DNA of 64,000 bases, from the IMG/VR virus record IMGVR_UViG_3300037067_021710; one strand, written 5' to 3'. The stretch is from a virus. Lineage: Duplodnaviria; Caudoviricetes. Under the pieces are notes generated by a model, which saw nothing but the letters and a program-made list of their open reading frames with translations, was not told where the DNA came from and made no database searches. A program made the position numbers and the translations under genes. Positions 60,495 to 64,000 of this stretch are shown one piece after another (position 1 is the stretch's first letter; the number at the start of each line of letters is the position of its first letter).

Positions 60495-61790
60495 TCACAT
60501 AATTCTCTTTAATTTAAGTTTTAACAAAGGGTCAGAGCTTCCACCATCATAATTTTTTTCAATAAGATCGATAAACTGTTTTCCAACTATATCCCACGAA
60601 AATCGTTGAATATATTGATATCCTAACAATCCAAGCCTTTCTGCTAAACCTTTATTTGAAATTATTTTAGCCATCTGCTTTGCACAATCTTCAGTATCTG
60701 CAATTGCAAATTTTATTGCTGCATTAATTGCATACGTAAAGTCATTCACTTTAACTGGAAGGCCTATGCCTCTACAGTATTCCACATGCCCGCCATAATC
60801 TATATAAATCACTGGTTTTTTATGAAGCATAGCTTCTACATACCCATAACCAAAACCTTCACCACCAGAAAGCCCAACAAAACAATCACTTACTTGAATA
60901 CGTCTATATAATTCTTTTTTAGACATCCCAAAATTTGTTTGATACCCCATAGGAAAAAAGACACTTTGATTAAGACCGTAAAGAGTGACTACATCTAAAA
61001 GGTCTGTACCACCATCTTGACTCGCAACCCCAGTATGAATATATAATTTATATTTATTTTTAGAGTCAGAAACTTTTTGTTTAAATTTAGCAAAAGCTTC
61101 TATTATTTTACCAAGCATTTTTCTTTCACCATTTGTTGCTACAGTAAAAAACACAAAGTCATCATTCGAAAATCCATTTCCAAAAACTTCTTGTTTAGTA
61201 AGTTTGTCAGTAATTTCATTCTTAAAATCGTAGTCTACATCAATACCAAGGCTTATTGGAATTGTAGGAGTTAACCCTAAATTTTCTAAACAAGACTTGC
61301 CCATAGATGTACAAGGGACTAACAAATCTGAAGTATTTAAAATGTCTTTAATTGATTTTCTTGGGGCTGGAGCAATTGGAGTTGGAAATAAACAGTGCTC
61401 TGGATATTGAGGAGTCTCAATAGTTACATAGTCAACCCAATAAAAAGACTCTCTAAAAAGACAATATGCTAAAGAATCTTGTAACCAAGGATCTATCATT
61501 GAAATAACAAGATCTGGATTATAAGTCTCAATTGCATTGTTAAATAATTGAGAAGTTTTTGAATCTAGTATCTGGGAATTAGTAATAAACATGGTGTTAG
61601 CTAATTCTCTAAAGTCTTCCCCATGAATAAGCATCCCTTCTCTAGTAGTGTCCATTCCCGATAATGTAGCATACCCTATTTCATAGTTTCCTGTTTTATA
61701 AAATTGCTTAATAAGAGAAACGTTTACATAAGCAAGACCAGATATATAGTTAAGACTTTCTCCACAAAATAAAACTTTTAATTTAGCCAA
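60495..61790 (-). CDS. GT4-family glycosyltransferase
   Basis: ATNGERK, SGGEGFGYGYVEAMLHKKPVI, FSWD. Confidence 0.85.
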   Translation of the reverse strand: MAKLKVLFCGESLNYISGLAYVNVSLIKQFYKTGNYEIGYATLSGMDTTREGMLIHGEDFRELANTMFITNSQILDSKTSQLFNNAIETYNPDLVISMIDPWLQDSLAYCLFRESFYWVDYVTIETPQYPEHCLFPTPIAPAPRKSIKDILNTSDLLVPCTSMGKSCLENLGLTPTIPISLGIDVDYDFKNEITDKLTKQEVFGNGFSNDDFVFFTVATNGERKMLGKIIEAFAKFKQKVSDSKNKYKLYIHTGVASQDGGTDLLDVVTLYGLNQSVFFPMGYQTNFGMSKKELYRRIQVSDCFVGLSGGEGFGYGYVEAMLHKKPVIYIDYGGHVEYCRGIGLPVKVNDFTYAINAAIKFAIADTEDCAKQMAKIISNKGLAERLGLLGYQYIQRFSWDIVGKQFIDLIEKNYDGGSSDPLLKLKLKRIM

Positions 61791-61811
61791 AGTACAACTC
61801 CTAATTTTTCC

Positions 61812-62513
61812 TTAATTATTAGTATTTGGAACAGCTTCCTCTATTTGTAATCCTGTATTAAAATCTTTTTCCGATTTACCAGTTCCCTTATTAAATCTGT
61901 AATGTTTAGAATTGACATAACCATCTCTCTCTAATGTTTTCCATTTTAAACAAGGGCCACAATAACCACAATTATCTTCATCACCTTCACAAAAAGTTAT
62001 TTCACTTATAATATCAAAAGGTAATTCTGCTAATTCTTCAGATTTTTTAGTCTTTAATAAAGGAAAAGTTAATTTTGGATAATTATGCATAAAAGGAATA
62101 TAAGCATCATATAAATTATAAATATCATTTACATAAGAAACAGCATCATCGTTCATTACATAACAAATAGCAATTTTTGTAGCAGTAGAGTAATTAAATA
62201 TAATTCCAGTTAACCAAACTAATATTTGGCATAAATAAAGCCCATTTCGTGTGCTTTTAATATCTACAGAAATTCCTTTCCCTAAATACTCAAAGTTTGG
62301 AAATATTTGAAATAAAGGCAATATTCTTTCTATAGCTTTTAATTCTCTTTTAGTTTTTGTATAATTATTCATTATTTCAAAATAACTAGCTTTTATTATA
62401 AAACCTGCATTTAAAGCTTTCCAAATAAAATAAGTTGAGTCTAATCCACCTGACCAAGCTACAAAAATAATATCATCTTTTGAATAAATTTCAGAAAAGT
62501 TTAAAATACTCAT
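61812..62513 (-). CDS. QueC-like PP-loop ATPase
   Basis: AWSGGLDST; C-terminal TFCE...CGYCGPC zinc motif. Confidence 0.7.
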   Translation of the reverse strand: MSILNFSEIYSKDDIIFVAWSGGLDSTYFIWKALNAGFIIKASYFEIMNNYTKTKRELKAIERILPLFQIFPNFEYLGKGISVDIKSTRNGLYLCQILVWLTGIIFNYSTATKIAICYVMNDDAVSYVNDIYNLYDAYIPFMHNYPKLTFPLLKTKKSEELAELPFDIISEITFCEGDEDNCGYCGPCLKWKTLERDGYVNSKHYRFNKGTGKSEKDFNTGLQIEEAVPNTNN

Positions 62514-64000
62514 ATAATTCCTCGAAGTAACTTTTGCAATTCGTCATTAGAAATTTCTTTATTTAATTTATCATTTAATTCAGCTCTATTCATAGCTCTA
62601 TTAACTCGAATGTTATCAATAGTATCTGGGTAAGTAGGTACTTCAATAATAGTATCTTTTTCTGAAACAATACGATGAGTTCTATCTTGCAATTGTCTAA
62701 AATGAGTAGCATCTAATGGGCATTCGTATACACAAATAGCCCTACCACCTTTTTGTAAATTTAACCCTGCTGAACTTGTTAAAGCAGAAAGAAAAGCTAT
62801 TTTTCTAGAAGAGTCTTCATTAAATAATCTCTCAACTTCATATCGTTCTGCTTCAGTAACATTAACACTACCATGTATTATAAGAGGATTATATGATTTA
62901 AACTTAGAAAATAAAATATTAAGTGTTTCAGGATGAATGCCATATACTATAAGTTTTTCATCCATGTTATCAATGTATTTTTCGACCAAAAATTTAAGAA
63001 CAATAAATTTAGGGTCTTCTTCTATTGAATATTTAGAAATTAAAGTATTAAGATATCCTTCTGCATATTCACGCTTTTTTAGTAATAAAGGGTTGTCGAT
63101 GGCGGCTAAAATTATTGGAAGTTTATTTAAGATAAGTTTCCACGTTATTTTTTTATATTCTTCTTCTAGAAAATATACTTCTTGTTTGCATACGAATTGA
63201 TAAATTTCTTTTTGTATTTGAGTCATCTCTAAATTTATTATTTTTGGTGGAAACTTCTTAGCTTTCATTTCAGGTACATCTTCTTTAAGTCGTTTAATTA
63301 AATATGGTTGTAACCACTGATATAATTTCTGTACTTTTTGAGTATCATAAGAATTAATATGATAGCGATCTCGAAAATTCCCTATAGAGCTTGAAATCCA
63401 CAACTTAAAAGCATTTTCAGACATTGGTATAATTGAATTATCAAGAAATTTTGTTTGATTATAAAAATCTTCAATTCTATTAATAGCTGGAGTAGCTGTT
63501 ACACAAGCCCTGAATTTTGAAAATTTCTTTAATGCCATAACAGCTTTTGACCTAATAGCTTTACTATGTTTAATTAAATGAGATTCATCTATCAAGCAAA
63601 AAATTGATTCTTTTTTCCAAACTTCATTAACATTAACACAAGAAGACCATCGAACTCGTTTAGCAGATTTTAAAGTTTTAAAATCTTTTCTATATGATAA
63701 AAGGCAATCAGCTACTAAATGAATAGGAATTATTAAAACTTTTTTATTAATTGCGTGGTCAAAAATTTTAATTTTATTTTGATTAGTTACAAGCAAAATA
63801 TCATCTTCAACAAACAATGTTGAAAATTTTAATAATTCATATTTCCAATGATATGATAATCCATTAGGTACAACTATGATAATTCCATCAACTTCTTTAT
63901 ACTTATACAAATTAGAGAATACAATAGTATTTTGTATCGTCTTACCCAGCCCCGCATCGTCGGCATCCAAATAAGCAGATCGCTGGGTTCGAAGTAAAAT
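62510..64000 (-). CDS. SNF2-like SF2 helicase (5' end lies outside the window)
   Basis: DDAGLGKT, IDESH, TATP, GLNLQ, QLQDRTHR; the frame stays open to base 64000. Confidence 0.85.
   Translation of the reverse strand: MLLRTQRSAYLDADDAGLGKTIQNTIVFSNLYKYKEVDGIIIVVPNGLSYHWKYELLKFSTLFVEDDILLVTNQNKIKIFDHAINKKVLIIPIHLVADCLLSYRKDFKTLKSAKRVRWSSCVNVNEVWKKESIFCLIDESHLIKHSKAIRSKAVMALKKFSKFRACVTATPAINRIEDFYNQTKFLDNSIIPMSENAFKLWISSSIGNFRDRYHINSYDTQKVQKLYQWLQPYLIKRLKEDVPEMKAKKFPPKIINLEMTQIQKEIYQFVCKQEVYFLEEEYKKITWKLILNKLPIILAAIDNPLLLKKREYAEGYLNTLISKYSIEEDPKFIVLKFLVEKYIDNMDEKLIVYGIHPETLNILFSKFKSYNPLIIHGSVNVTEAERYEVERLFNEDSSRKIAFLSALTSSAGLNLQKGGRAICVYECPLDATHFRQLQDRTHRIVSEKDTIIEVPTYPDTIDNIRVNRAMNRAELNDKLNKEISNDELQKLLRGII

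Noticed and set aside
2028-63200. Short antisense or alternative-frame ORFs in the track (e.g. 2028-2231, 4200-4463, 4264-4560, 12361-12747, 26040-26330, 36289-36561, 49600-49899, 62937-63200)
   Set aside because: They overlap well-supported genes and lack an RBS or recognisable motifs, so they are probably shadow ORFs.
1-64000. Stop-codon recoding
   Set aside because: Core genes are full length in the standard code, and no suppressor tRNA was found.

Overview
A 64-kb, AT-rich segment of a large lytic phage genome, read in the standard genetic code. It has strong AGGAG Shine-Dalgarno sites. Lipoproteins, an OmpA/MotB-like protein and class III RNR point to an anaerobic or facultative diderm host. 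Most genes are on the minus strand. From 5 to 34 kb there are many small early/accessory ORFs, ThyX, PTH2, a PNK/RNA ligase pair, a tRNA region and a GC-richer island. From 37 to 64 kb there is a replication and nucleotide-metabolism block: DnaB-like helicase, 5'-3' exonuclease, family A DNA polymerase with an N-terminal UDG-like domain, NrdD/G, kinases, dUTPase and an SNF2-like helicase. Main findings: (1) a translationally coupled array of unrelated genes (804-3954, plus two genes at 35-37 kb) sharing an N-terminal MKRYxx(L/I)xE leader that resembles the T4 internal-protein capsid-targeting sequence; (2) an operon joining a T4 gp42-type dCMP hydroxymethylase to a glycosyltransferase, kinase, UDG, SDR epimerase and NDP-sugar dehydrogenase, which suggests an uncharacterised glycosylated-cytosine DNA modification; (3) tRNA-like RNAs with intact acceptor and T arms but remodelled anticodon arms; (4) three unrelated early proteins ending in PKI(K/R)LKQxY; (5) two promoter classes, GTTAT-N13-TTTTGTATWWW and TACTAAT, including a hairpin that sequesters an RBS around a TACTAAT site. 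All functional calls come from motif recognition by eye. No database searches were run.
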